Shown: piece after piece, positions 37,263 to 50,913 of the stretch
How the letters are laid out: the number at the start of each line of letters is the position of its first letter
Position numbering within the stretch: the stretch's first letter is position 1
Assembly: GCA_965202585.1 (NCBI GenBank)
Contig: OZ241829.1
Location: 21,018,001-21,082,000, forward strand
Direction: 5' to 3'
Source of the DNA: Thalia democratica
Taxonomy: Eukaryota
DNA length: 64,000 nucleotides
Program-made: the position numbers and the translations under genes
The notes under the pieces: generated by a model
The model's database searches: none
What the model was told of the DNA's origin: nothing
Seen by the model: only the letters and a program-made list of their open reading frames with translations

Positions 37263-38206
37263 CTGCGTTTTGAAGATTTAATCTGAAAGTGCTTACATTT
37301 TATTTAAGGATAATAATTTTGCAAACTAAACCAGTAATAGCAGTAATAAAATAGTAACTACGTTGTAACAGTGAATGGTTACAAACCTAAAAAACATAGT
37401 TACCTCCTATTCAAAACAACGAAAAAAAATAGCTCGTTAGCGCCTAAAGTGTCGTGACGAATCAAAGTGATCATTGCGAAGTAAAAAAAAATATTGCAAA
37501 TACCTTATTTTATGGTTGTGTTTCATACATAGTATTTGGTTTAAATTAAGTTCACTCATAGTCATTTATCAAGTTCTTAAATGTTTAAATGTATTAGATC
37601 TTATTTACAGTGAATAAATTATACATTTAAATCTGATTCAAACTGGTATTCAAAATAATTAAATGCTTAAAATAAATAGTTAAAAGTGTAAAAATGAACG
37701 ATGATTAAAATACAGATATTTATAATTCTAATAATTTTGAATTTTTAGTAATATTATGTTATAACAAATTCTATTTCAACAATTTGTTAACACTGTGTTC
37801 TTAATGATTAGACCTAATAATGTTATTTCTGAATTTGAAGTACTTTTTTAAGAACTAGTTAAGAATAGTTTTAAAGTTTACTAAAATATGGCTGTATGTA
37901 GCAAAAGTGTTTTTTTTTATTAAAATTTCCCTCAATAAATATTTGATTTGTTTTGTTTTACATTATTACACAAACCTCTTTATGCTTATCAATCTTCAAG
38001 CAAAATTTTTGACATGAGGGCCACTTCAAAATATTATAAAAACTGTAGTTGTCTTGTAACGTTGTAAAAATGCAGAAAAATCTGTATTTTATTTGAACAA
38101 CTTTTTTAACATTTCTTTAGTTAGTAGATAAAACATAAAATGAATTTTAACTACTTAAATGGTTAATAATAATTAAAATTTTAAGGTTTGTGGGTCTAAA
38201 ATCAGT

Positions 38207-39334
38207 ATGAATTTCAATTCGCTTGATGTCAGTATTTTCAAAAAACTTTGTGAAAGCAATGATGAAAACAAGAACATTTTCTTTTCACCACTGAGCATTT
38301 CGCTCGCTCTTTCCATGCTACTAAAAGGATCTAATGGCGCAACCAAGATGCAGCTTGAAGAGGCACTAGGAATTGTGAAGGATGTAAAACTTCTTTCAAA
38401 TCTTAAAGAGCTGAGTGGTGTAGTCAATTTTAACTCCGATGGTTTGAAAATCAAACTTGCTAACTCTGTCTTTCCATCAGATAAGTTTCAGATAATCCCA
38501 GAGTACAAAGATGACATGCAATCTGCTTTAAAATGCCAAATTCAGTCTTTGGACTACAAAAACCGTGCAGAAAACGCGATAGCTGTTATCAATTATTTTG
38601 TTGAAGGTTGTACTAATGAAAAAATTAATGAATTATTCAGTAAAATGAGCCCTGATATTGCATGTGTTCTAGTTAGTTGTATTTATTTTAGAGGTGATTG
38701 GTATGACATGTTCAAGTCCCGTTACAGAAAAGATTTACCATTCTATTGTACCGATAAAAAGACTTCTATTGTTAAAATGATGGTAAAAAAGGATTATTAT
38801 TCGTTTCTTTCAGATGATGAAAAAGAGTTCAAGTCTGTAACAATTCCTTACAAGAATCCAGATTTTAGTATGCTGATAATTTTACCCAACGGAAAATATG
38901 AATTGGAAAGTGTAATCAATAAACTAGACAAGAATACAATCGAAAGCATTAAAGACGGTAAAAATTTCAGTAGAGAATTCGTTTCGCTGAGAGTCCCAAA
39001 GTTTAAAATCGAATATGAAGCAAATTTGAACGAAATTCTGCGTTCGTTGGGAATAAAAGACACTTTTGATTCAGCAAATGCAGATTTTAGTGCAATGTCT
39101 GAAGATGCTCTGCAACCAAATGGTAAATTTCATGTGTCCGAAGTAGTTCACAAAGCTTGCATTGAGGTAAATGATGAAGCAACTGAAGCTGCTGCAGCAA
39201 CTGGATTAGAATTGGTTTATGATTACGAAAACGTTTATCTGAAACCAAAAAAGTTTGTAGTTCAATATCCATTTGTGTTAATGATTTTATACAAAAACCA
39301 AACTTTGTTAATGGGAAAAGTTACTTCATTGTAA
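38207..39334 (+). CDS. Serpin type B copy B1 (mirror), 375 aa
   Basis: Identical translation to 18705-19832. Confidence 0.95.
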   Translation: MNFNSLDVSIFKKLCESNDENKNIFFSPLSISLALSMLLKGSNGATKMQLEEALGIVKDVKLLSNLKELSGVVNFNSDGLKIKLANSVFPSDKFQIIPEYKDDMQSALKCQIQSLDYKNRAENAIAVINYFVEGCTNEKINELFSKMSPDIACVLVSCIYFRGDWYDMFKSRYRKDLPFYCTDKKTSIVKMMVKKDYYSFLSDDEKEFKSVTIPYKNPDFSMLIILPNGKYELESVINKLDKNTIESIKDGKNFSREFVSLRVPKFKIEYEANLNEILRSLGIKDTFDSANADFSAMSEDALQPNGKFHVSEVVHKACIEVNDEATEAAAATGLELVYDYENVYLKPKKFVVQYPFVLMILYKNQTLLMGKVTSL

Positions 39335-42055
39335 GATTTCATGAGTCGTTACTTTCTTAAATGTTTCTTGTTTTGTATTTTTTATAAATTAGTTGTGTTA
39401 GATACTATGCATAATTTTCATTAAGCATTTTGTTGGTTTTAGGTTTAATCTCTCTTCTCATGTGTTTATACATGAGTCGCCAATAAATTAAACACAAGAA
39501 TTAAATGATTACTATTGTAATATATCAATTGTTATGTAAAATGACAGTTGATTAACTTAAAAATTAAAGAATCAAAATTCAAACTAAACTTTTCATTTTC
39601 TTCACAAGCCAATATCACAATTAAAATATTGCTCAGTTATAAAGTTTAAATGTTTGTTTGAAATATTTCATGAAATTTAGTTCAACAGTTTAAACTTAAA
39701 CTATCTATTTTTCAAGAAGCAAATAATACCATAATACATATAATACTAAACAAAGTAGTAATTTTTAAGTATCAAAAATGATTAAACATATTTTTTTTCC
39801 AATCCTAGTTTTTTTTCTGTTGACTAATTCATGATTTTCAAATAAAATATGAAAAAGTTATGAAAATTGTTTATTTAAAATGCTTAGTATTATAAATAAG
39901 TTCATTATATTATTGTAAGTACATTACGAAGACTTTACAGGTTTTTAATAAAAACGGAGGTGAATAACTTAAGTGTTGTCTTCGCAACTTATAATTAAAG
40001 TTCCAGACATCGCTTCTTTACTAACTAATCATTTACTTTTTCGTCCGCAGGGGCGGTATTACTCCACTTCCTGATTTACATAAAGCGTTTGGATGTGCAA
40101 CAGAAGTTCTGTTAAACTAAGTAGAACTACATTAACCCTACGTATTAGATAAGAAGCTAATACAGTGGTTTCACAATGTGTACCTGTACACACAGGCGTG
40201 CATATTTTACTGTGCACTGCAAGTTTAGGATATCTAAATAAATTATTATTGAAAGTAATGTTTTATTATGAAATATATTTAAACACAACAATAAAATTGG
40301 AAGCTTTTCTTTTTTGTCTGACTAAATATAAAACTCAATAGTTGCTTAAATTCGCTGGAAAACAATGAAAAATATTTTTATAAGTAAACACAAGTTGAGT
40401 TCATTTGTTTTAGACTTACCTAATTTATAAATAAATTAATAATACTAGACTCACGTTTCTCACCAAAGGCTAAATTTTTAAACAAAATACTTTCAAAGTT
40501 GTTTGTTTAAAACTTGTTTTTTTTTTGTTTTGAAAGTTAATATTAGGTTTTTACTTTGCTGTCATTCAACTAATCGTACAAAGTCTGACTGTTTATTTTA
40601 CTTAGCTGATTTTTGTTGTTAATTTTTATTCTAGGTTATATAAAAGACGACCTTAATAGCTTAATGCATAAATGATTAAATTGTAACATTTTAATTTTTT
40701 AATTTAAGTAAACAAAATTTATTCAAATAAAATGTTAGAAATGATTCACACCTTATCTTCATAGTTATTTTATATTTACTTGAAAAAGTATCTAAAAAAG
40801 ATATGAATTTGATAAAAGTAATTTAAAATTTATAGTTGAAGCTTTTGCTTTAATTCAAATATATTTTATCAGTTCAAATATAAAATAGCTTTTCAATTTC
40901 TTATTTAAAAGTCCTGTAATAATAGCTTCAACTTTAATTTAGAATACCATTTATAAAATCTAAATGACAAACAGTACTTTATTTTAGGTACAGATTTTAT
41001 TACAACAAATGAACATTACAGAGTAAAGAAAATATTGTTCCAATAAAAAGCAATAAGAAACTCGAACTACGAAAACTAATTTTGAGCTACTAGAACTAAG
41101 AACACCAAATTTATATCAAACAATTAGGACTTCAACCATATTTATTATCAAAGTTTACGCTATCCACAATTATTTTTATTTCAAAAAACTATCAAAATAA
41201 TAGTTTATTTTCTAACTAGTTTGATACGCTGTAGTATTTACTTCCAACAGATCGACAAAATGTAGCTCATTAGCGCCAAAAGTGTCGTAAAAATCATAGT
41301 AAGCTTTGAAAAATTAAAATATTGATTGAACATCAGTTCTTATACGGTTGTGTTTCACATATTTTGAAGTTGTTTTATTTAGGCCTTCTCAAAAACATTT
41401 ATTTAGCGATATAAACTAAACCTTATTCTTTATGTATAAATTGTACATCTAAATATCTTGCATAATAAAATTTGAAAACAGTGAAATTGAAAAAAGAACA
41501 AAATAGTTGAACAAAATAGTTGAAAGTTTAAAAGCAAAGATCAGGTAAAAAACTACCCTAACTTTAAACAAGTTAAAATAATGAACCCGGTGTCATTTTT
41601 TACTTAATCCTGGTTGTTTTTAAATACTAATGTTTTTATGTTTTTATTTACAAAGGATTTTAGAAAAACCCTCTATGCTGCTATTGTTACTTAAAACAAA
41701 TATAAATAGATTATTATAGCTTATAGTTTATGTAGTCAGAAGCTATGGAGACCTGTAAAAGTTTTACAGACATCTATTACCAGTATACTTTACTTTAAAG
41801 AAATTTTACTATAAAAATTTAACTATTTCATGCTATTTTTGAGGTGAAGCATCTTCAAATGTTATATAAAAATTTTAAAAGTTGTAAATATATCAGTACA
41901 ATTAAAAGCTTCAATGAAAAGTAAAATTTAAAAAGTCTTTAACTATTTAACTATTCAAGCTAAAACATAAAATGTACAACTTGTACAAACACATTTAAAA
42001 ATCTCGATAATACATAATATTTTACTTTTCAAGGTTAGTTGGGTTTAAAATCATT

Positions 42056-43174
42056 ATGAATGTAAATTCGTTTGACGTCAATCTTTTTAATAAGCTTTGT
42101 GAAAGCAATGATGAAAACAAGAACATTTTCTTTTCACCACTGAGCGTTTCGCTTGCTCTTTCCATGCTGCTTATAGGTTCTAATGGAGCAACCAAGAAGC
42201 AGCTTGAAGAGGCACTATGAATTGTGAAGGATGAACAACTTCTTTCAAATCTTAAAAAGCTGAATGATGTATTAACTTACAACTCCAAAGGCTTACAAAT
42301 CAAGCTTGCTAATTCTGTTTTTCCTTCAGAAGAATTTGAAATTGATGCTAACTACAAACGTGACATGGAATCTGCTTTTAAAAGCCACATTCAGTCTTTA
42401 AATTACGAGGAGAATGCAGACGAATCGAAAAATATAATCAATAAATGGGTTGCAGATTGTACTAATGGAAAAATTAAAGATCTGTTTAGCGACTTGGATC
42501 CTGATACTGTATGTGTTTTAGTTAGTTGTATCTACTTCAAAGGTGATTGGTATGATAAGTTCAAGTTTTGTGACACTAGAGATGCTCCATTCTATTGTAC
42601 CGAAGAAAAAACATCTACTGTTAAAATGATGAAACAGGAAAAGTACTATTCGTTTGCTTCATTTGATGAAAAAGGGTTCAAGTGTGTGGAAATTCATTAC
42701 AAGCAAGTAGATTTCAGAATGCTGATAGTTTTACCTGATGAAAGGTTTGGATTGAAAAATGTGATCGAAAAACTTGACGTCCAAACTATTGAAAGTCTTA
42801 AAGACCCTAGTAGTTTCAGTGAAACGCGAATTTTGTTGAAAATGCCTAAGTTCAAAATCGAATTTGAAGCAAGCTTGTACGAAACTCTGCGCTCGTTGGG
42901 AATCAAAGACGCTTTTGATGAGAGAAAATCTGACTTAAGCGCAATGTTTGCAGGAGATTCAAGACTTTTTGTGACTGAAGTTGTTCACAAGGCTTTCATT
43001 GAGACAAGTGAAGAAGGAACTGAAGCTGCTGCAGCAACAGGAATCGCAGTGGGACGTGTTAAACAAAGTTCAAGAAGTTTTCCAAAAATCTATTTCACAG
43101 TTGATCATCCTTTTTTGTTCATTATTTTATACGAAGACCAAACTTTGTTCACGGGAAAAGTTACTTCATTGTAA
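42056..43174 (+). pseudogene. Serpin type A copy A2 (mirror), TGA at codon 55 (42218-42220)
   Basis: ATG at 42056, GCA CTA TGA ATT GTG, then the in-frame 316-aa remainder. Confidence 0.9.
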
Positions 43175-43499
43175 ATTTTCATAACTAGTTATTTTGTGAG
43201 CTTTATGTATTTCTAAGTTGTGTTTAATGCTGTGCAAAGTTTTCGTTTGAGATGTTTTGATTAGGAACCGGTTTTCTTTCTGTACTCCTGCTTTTGTTCT
43301 CATATTAATAAAATAAGTTCAACTATTGACTTGTTTAATTATCAATGCTTAATGGAAAACTAAATAACTTATATAATAGATAAATAGTACAAATATAAAA
43401 TAAAAGTTTTAATTTAAAAATTGATGTATCAATTTGCAGTTCCTCACAAGGTTCTGACTTTATTTATATATCATATTTAATGCATACTATATCTGAATA

Positions 43500-44700
43500 T
43501 ATTGTTTTATAGCATTTTCTTATTTACAGTTTTATAGCAATTTATTTGCCAGTTTATAGATTTTTTCTGTTAGCTAAATGTTTTTCTAAAGTAATCAAAT
43601 TACTTTTAAGTACAAAAACTTGAACATATGTTACAAGAGTTTTTACGAAAATAGTTCAGTATTAAGTTTTCAATAGAAATAGTTGTAAGTTTCTCGTTCA
43701 CAAATCTCGTTCAAATTAATATCACTTTAGGATAATAATTAGGAACTTAATTACAAATTTAGTATAAATTCTATCTAAATTTGCCAAAACAGCATTTATT
43801 ACAGATTATTAGATATGGATTTTTGCTACTAAGTTATACAATAAGAAACAAAAAAAAATTAAATAACTTAGTAATCAACTAATCTTTTTATTTTAAGTTA
43901 TGAACGAAAATAGCACAAAAGTTACGAAAGTAACAAACAAAATGACATCTACTTAAGGCCCTAAATAAGAATTATTACCAAAACACTTGAATAATTTATT
44001 TATTTATCTATAAAAAAGGAACTTAAGGTCTTTAAGATAACTTTTTAGCCTATGCTCATTAATGTTCTATGACAATTGTTACAGTTTTATAGCAATGTAT
44101 TTGCCAGAGTATTAATTTCTTCTGTCAACTTGGTGTTTATCTTTAGTAATTCATGTTTAAGATACTCTTGATTTAAAAGTCAAATCATTTACTTTTGTCC
44201 GTACAAAAAATTGAACATATGTTAAAAGAGTTTTTACGAAACATTTCAGTATTAGGTTTCCAATAGTAATAGTTTGTAAGATGAAACTCTAGTATCTTAG
44301 AACAGACAATTACTTAGACTTTTAAGTATAGTCATTAGGAACTTAGTGAAAAATTTAGTATGAGTGCTTAGTAAGTTTTGCTTTAACAGCGTTTTAATTT
44401 TTAGAAGCTATAATATATGAATTTGTGTTACTACAAAGTTGTACAATAATTTCATTTTTTAATTAACATTAGTAACCTAGAATTTTTTTATTTTGAGTTA
44501 TGGACAAACATAGCACAAAAAACAATTATTTTTTCACAAAACAAATAAATTTAACTATATACGAAAGTTAAAAACAAAATAATATTTACTTGAGACCTCA
44601 AATAACAATTACTACAAAAACTTCTAAAATACAATACTTTAAGATTGTAAAATAAAACCTTTAAATTTGTATTTATTTTAAAACTTTAAACAACTTATTT
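43500..44700 (+). repeat. Old local tandem duplication of about 600 bp
   Basis: ttgaacatatgttacaagagtttttacgaaaatagttcagtattaag (~43620) recurs as ttgaacatatgttaaaagagtttttacgaaacatttcagtattagg (~44210), with further matching blocks. Confidence 0.6.
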
Positions 44701-44793
44701 TCTAAAACTTAAGTTAACAAGTTTTAATAAAAACAGCATAGTTAAATTTTGTTTTGAGAATCCAATAAAGCAATTGTTTTATTTAAGCACTGA

Positions 44794-44828
44794 GCACTGA
44801 CGAGGTCTTCGACCGAAACTTAGTTTGT
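44794..44828 (+). ncRNA. Minimal type I hammerhead ribozyme motif, probably a Penelope-like element remnant
   Basis: GCA-CTGACGA-GGTC(TTC)GACC-GAAAC(TTA)GT-T-TGT: CUGANGA and GAAA core, 4-bp stem II, 2-bp stem III, 3-bp stem I, GUU cleavage triplet, and AATAAA just downstream. Confidence 0.6.
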
Positions 44829-47640
44829 AAAATAAAATCTTTAAAAAATAAATTCATAAATTATTTATAAAATTTTATATCAATTTTTAAGGTTTAAACT
44901 GTACACAAATAGTATTACTAATCTAAAAAAATTCTTGAACGTACATTAAAAACAGAATTTTAAAAATTAAATTTTTATATCCAAAAAAATCACAACTTTT
45001 AGAAAAAGTTGCTTATTTTTCATCTTTGCTAGCATATAGTAAATGTTTTTTATCATTTTTAGTATTAAACTTTATGTACTTCTTAGTATTAAATTTATTA
45101 AAAAAACTTTACTCCTCTTAATAGTTGATACATATTTAACTTGCTAGTTTTTTTTTATCTTACTTTAAACTATACGCTCCTAAAAACGACTAATTTATAA
45201 CTGTTTTAAAACTACATACTTGGACTGACATGAAGAACTAAAAGTTTTATCAAAATACTATAGTTCTTTAAATTAAATTCTACGACACATATACTAAAAA
45301 AAACTCTAAATTTCACTTTTAAAAAACTTTTTATGATTAAAGATTCTAAATCAGTTAAGAACCAAATAAACAAAATGAAGTAAACCTTAAAAAATTAGCT
45401 AATTTTAATTGACCAGTTTTAAAGTTTAATTGAGTAATTTAATTACAGAAAACTTGTTCACATAGAAAATTGTTATTAGCTCTCTACAATTACAATACTC
45501 TACTAATTCGATTTAGCACGTAAAGTGTAAAATCGCATATTTAATCTAACAAAAAATTTATTTAATTTACTTAACTTAAATAAGTATGTATAAAAAATAC
45601 ATGAAATTTAAATGGAAAATATTTAATGTTTTAGCTTTTTTTTTAAAGCTGATTTCATTTAATTTTTTTTTTTAATTATTTGTTTTTTTAATAATCATGT
45701 TTCCACAATTATGAAAAAAAATTTAGTTAGAAAATTGCTAAACTCTAAAAAAATTTAAATGAAAGGTAGTTTGAAACCTACTACAATTTAAATAAGTTTT
45801 ACAAAATAAATTTATGGCCAAATGAAAATGTGCAATAAACAAAATATCATCATACATTAGTAGAAGTTCGTAGTAATGCTTTGTTCCTGTATAAAAAATT
45901 TATTTAATATTTCCTCCTAAAGTGCTTAAATGTATACGATCTAGTTTGTTTCTCTAACCTTTTAAAAATTACCCAAAATGTAAATTTTTTTGAATGCGAA
46001 AAATCTCTTAGTAAATAAAAACTTTTCGGTTATAACGTTATATTTAGGACTCTAACTTCTTTTTTGTAGATGAACAAGTCAAATATTCTTTAATTTTTTG
46101 TTTAACTAATGTTTTAATGTAATAAACAGTTTGTATGTGCTGAGTAGACAAATTTTAAGCTTAAATTTCATGTAAGGTAAACTATTTGCATTAGATTACT
46201 TTTAAAACAGTAAACCTAGCTAGAAACTGTCGGCCTAAGTTTTATAACTCTAGCAAATACGACAGGTTTATTCACAATAACCTTACTTTTAATAATTTTG
46301 CTAAAAAGAATGTTCAGTATTAATAATTCCAAGCAAAAATTTTCTATAAAGCATAGGTGATGTTTAAAAGGCAAATTATTTATTACTTTCAAACTTGTAC
46401 GGTTCGATTGGAACAGAAGAATTTTGAAGTTTTAAAAGTTAATTTTGTTATTTTAATTGTATACTTAGTAGTTGTCAAGCAAATCCCGAAAATTTTGCTG
46501 CTAATATATTTGCTTTTACTTTATATAAAAGAATTTAACCCAAGTTAGGTTATTTGAAAATGAAAACATTGAACATTTAGATAGAAAGTTGGTTTTATTC
46601 TACTATTAACAACAAGTAAGTAACAGACTTGTAAAATTTAACATAAATTCTGAATGTCCGTTTTACATAAAATTGCGCCTAGATTAAATAGTTTTAAATT
46701 AAAAAACAAACAATATTGTTGGAGGTGTAACTTGAAAACTAGTTTTATTCTAAAAATTACAATGATAATGGACTTGCAATAATAAGCAAGCTTAAATTTA
46801 AAATATTTTGATTAAATAGTAAAATACTAACACATTTAAATTAATCCTCACGGTATAAAATTGGTGTGACCTTCTTTTTTAGACGACAAAAATAGTAATT
46901 GAATATAATTCAACATCCGACTGAATTAATTTTAACAGTTCATTAGATTACAAACGGTCTACAAAACAGTAGCTAGAAAGTATTTCTTAATGAAAATGAA
47001 CATAATTTTAGCTCACAATAGTTTAAAATACTTCAAGCCACATATTTTTAAAATACTTCGTTAGATATAGACCAAACTTAATTGCAGTGCAGATTTGATT
47101 AACCTTAAAATTTTCTTGAATTAAAGAAAGATGTGTAAGTTTAAGTAAAAATAAAAGAAAATATTCGTAAACTAAAGTTGCTTTAATTTTATCTTTTTAC
47201 AGCGTGAAATCAAAAGGTAGTACTTTTAACTCTTGTTAGACCAGAAAATATTAAAATAACTTTCTTAGCTAATTGTTATAGTTTTTATAAACGTAGTTTT
47301 TTATCTAAATGATGACAACATAATATTATTAAATTTTTAAAAAAGTAGATTAATTGATTTTTTTTTGTAAACGTGAGTATTTGTTTTTTTTTTTTTTAAT
47401 TATAAGTGAACAAAACAACAAAGAGTCAATTTAGAATAAGATCTTCCTTTTTACTTTAATTTATCTACACAGAAGTCTGTTCTTATTAACTTAACAATAT
47501 TGTCTTAATTAAATATCATATATTGAATCAATCACATTTATTTGAATGTAGGCTTAAGAAACCAACTAACTTAACTCACATATGAGTTAAGTGCAAAGTA
47601 AACTCATTTGTTTCAGATGAGTTTAGTAAATCGGAAAAAA

Positions 47641-47969
47641 ATGGCTGATTTTAATGAAACTGCAGTGCAAGTTTTAGTGAATCTAAATGCATCTACTGGT
47701 TTTTCGAAAAACTGCATCACCGTGCGTCTGCGAGATTTGGAAACAAGGAAAGTACCATTTGCGACCTTCATGCAATTCTGTCGACATTTCTTCTACGACT
47801 ACAACTGCTACCCGTTCTTCAAGATTGGCGTTGAATGTTGGTACAATTATTCCAAATGTGTCATGTTGAATTTGATCAACGAAGTCTTGTTTACCTTAAC
47901 GGTTACGAACTCAAAATTGTTCTAATTTTGGAAGTTTTAGCAACACTACTTGTGGGAAATGTCGATTAG
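47641..47969 (+). pseudogene. Family X paralog X2 (right), C-terminally truncated
   Basis: In frame to TAA 47923-47925, which is created by a 1-bp deletion. The downstream LEVLATLLVGNVD* matches the family C-terminus. Confidence 0.78.
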
Positions 47970-48946
47970 CTGTGATTTGCTGATTTTATCTGATGATGCC
48001 CTGCAGTTTTTCGGTGAAAAAAAAACTTTGCATCTAAATCGGTCGATTCAGTTTGTTTGTTAGGATGTTGTTTCACTCGCTTAGCTGTTTTAATTGTTCA
48101 TGTTTTATCTATAATGTTTACAGCAGGCTTATGTTTGTGTAATTTGTGTTTTCCAGCTTAATTTAAATGTTTTGAGGTTGAAGTGTTTTTTTACAGGTTC
48201 TTCACTATGAAATTAGTAGATTTGCATTTATTAGCAAATTTTTGTTGTTATCAGTTCGAGTCTTAAAAAATATTTGTCGTGTGTTTAAATTTTAAGTAGT
48301 CTATGCATTTTAATTTAGTACTATCGTAAAACTTAAAGTATTTTAGTCTAAACTGCTTTGTAGTAGATTAGATTGTATAACAAAAATTTAAAAATTCAAA
48401 ACGCTATATATTCTTAAGATTTATTAAATACTAGTCTTAGTAGTGAATAAACTGATTACTTATCGCATAGTTTTATAACAATCAAAAAACCGACTGTTTT
48501 AGGAAGTTCAGCATAATTTGCGTGATTGATGATTGTTATAACTTTTATTGAATTTTTAGAAACTAATATTTTAGTATTATTTTTAATACGCAGTATAAAA
48601 TTTTTCAAGTGTATATTTTTTAAAGTACAATATACTGTAGTGAAATATAATTTAAAGTTATGTTCAAAAGCGCTTTTTTGTCTAAGTTAAAAACAAAACA
48701 AGCTAAACAATGTAGTACCTTAAAATTTCAAAGTCCAGTAAATAACTGAAAAATGAAGTGGATATTTTAACATTTTAAATTAATTAGCTTAGAACGTAAC
48801 ACAATTCTAAAAGTTTAAAAAAAAATTGCAGTGAAAAAAAAAAGTACGTATACCTTTAATAAAAAAAATTCCATACTCTACGGCTTCAAAAGTAAACTTA
48901 AACATCAAAATTAACTCAGACACTATAAATTAAGCACACTATAAAG

Positions 48947-49885
48947 CAAGGGCGTGTTTTGACTGGTTTCCTATAAACTCCCGAAAAATAAAACGAAAAA
49001 AGAAAAAAAAATCTTAAAATATCACTAATAACGTTTTTTATTGACTTTTTTTTAGGTTATTTGATAAACTTTGAAAAATGAATGTTGAATTTATAACTCT
49101 GAAATATTATAAGTTTCTGTAACAAAAAATGCTCGATTTTGCCCAGCTGAAATAGACTTCAAATAAAATTTTAATTGTGACGTGATAATAGGTAAAAGTT
49201 TTAAAGTAGCATTTTTTTTGGGAAACTTTTTTGAATGATGTATTATCAAGATTTTACATTCTGTTTGACTGGTACTTTTAGATTGTTTAAAGTTCAAAGT
49301 TTTTAATTTACCTTAGAAAATTTTATTCCAGCTGTGCTTTTTATTAATTCTGTTCCAAACAACAAAATATGAAAGTTAATGATAATGCTCGTAAAAGTTA
49401 TGTTCTCAAATGTTTTATTTAACTGACTTGCAATTTTATTTTATACAACTTATAAAGGTTTTTTAATAAGTTTTGTATTATACAACAGATTTATTACGTT
49501 TTTTATTACAAAGTTTAAACCAGTGATTATAGTATACTAAGAGTGCCTTCAAGTTTTGGTCTTTAATTACCTATATTAGTCATAATACAATGTTTGTTAT
49601 TTTCATTAATTAATTAAACTGTATGTAATATATTTGTTTTAAATAACGGATTTAATTTTTGATATACAAATTTTTTGTTCATAACTTTTTAAATACAGTA
49701 TAATTAAATAAATATATATTATTTGTTTTTATTACTACTTATATGTTTTTTAATTATTTCTAAACACAAAAAAGCATTTTAAACACATATTTTTTTGATA
49801 CTTAAGATATTGCGTACTTAAGTGGAAAATTAAGAACAAAAAATAATTATGAACCCCCTTTGAAAAATGTCTAGACACGCCCCTG
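48947..49885. mobile_element. 939-bp hAT-type element (mirror)
   Basis: Same TIRs, with TSD CTATAAAG on both sides. Confidence 0.88.
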
Positions 49886-50777
49886 CTATAAAGTATAAGG
49901 CTTTGTAATTATACATAAGAGCTTTTGAAACAAAGTATTGGTGCGATCTAATTTTATTATACAACTTGAGTTGTTTAAAATAATATCATTATAAAAATAT
50001 TTTGGTCATAAATGTTGTTAATAAATTCCATGTTATTTTATTTAGTATAATAAAGTTAAGCAATTTGTAATTTATATGTAGTACTAGCTACTTATCTAAA
50101 GTCTTAAAGATTTTAATAATATTCTTATGACGTTATCTTTTCAACTGATTGTTGATGAAAAATTTTTTTTACAAACCATTAACATTCGTTTCAAATTAAC
50201 AATTTTGGTGAAATAAAAAAAAAAAATTAAAAATTAGTCCATTTTAATCTATGATACAAATCATTGCAGAAGTAGAAAAAATTAAAGTGTATAAAAACAT
50301 TAAGAAGCTTATATTTTTTATAAGTCTTAACCATGAAGCATTCTAAGAAATAATAAATATATTTTTTAATCTTATTTACAACTTTTTACAAAACTCTTTC
50401 TTTATATAACCGACATATTTTTCTGGTTCAAGCAAACTAAAACATCTAAACGGAATTCTTAAAATATTTAAATATTTATAAAAAGTAGAAAATAAATAAA
50501 TGAATGTGTGTTTTTTTTTCATCTTCTATATTTTCTTTACAATTTTTGTTTTTAATAGAATTCCGTTGAACATAATTCGCTCGACATAGATTATTTGTAT
50601 TATACATTTCAGTGAACTTTCTTCGCTACAATCTTTAAAAACAATCGACCAAGTTGAAATTTTGAATTATATTATTTTTATAATTCTAAAGACGCTTCAA
50701 TTATAACATAGTAGTAGTTATAGTACGGTAGAACTATGTTAGAAACTTTATGTTAATAATAGTACTGTGTTATAAAT

Positions 50778-50913
50778 CAGGGGTCGGCAAACTGCGGCCC
50801 TCAAATTCAAAATTTGCGGCCGGCGAGCTCCAAGCCTAAAATATATATTTCAAAAACAATAAAAATTATATGTTTTGTGCAGCCCATGATTTACGTAAGG
50901 CTGTTGAACCCTG
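50778..50913. mobile_element. 136-bp hAT-type MITE (mirror)
   Basis: CAGGGGTCGGCA...TGTTGAACCCTG with TSD TTATAAAT. Confidence 0.9.

Larger units (their letters stand above)
31799..43738. repeat. Right inner arm of the inverted duplication
   Basis: Reverse complement of 14301-26240. Confidence 0.95.

Noticed and set aside
10557-39272. Short ORFs antisense to serpins (10557, 15133, 18767, 18976, 19585, 26231, 29589, 38173, 38848, 39087, 42697) and alternate-frame ORFs at 14855 and 42981
   Set aside because: They overlap real serpin CDS, have no independent coding signal, and one runs through the N gap.
10289-43174. Endogenous poxvirus or giant-virus origin of the intronless CrmA-like serpin cluster
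   Set aside because: Gene density is low, hAT MITEs are interspersed and there are no viral core genes. It can only be fully excluded by phylogeny.
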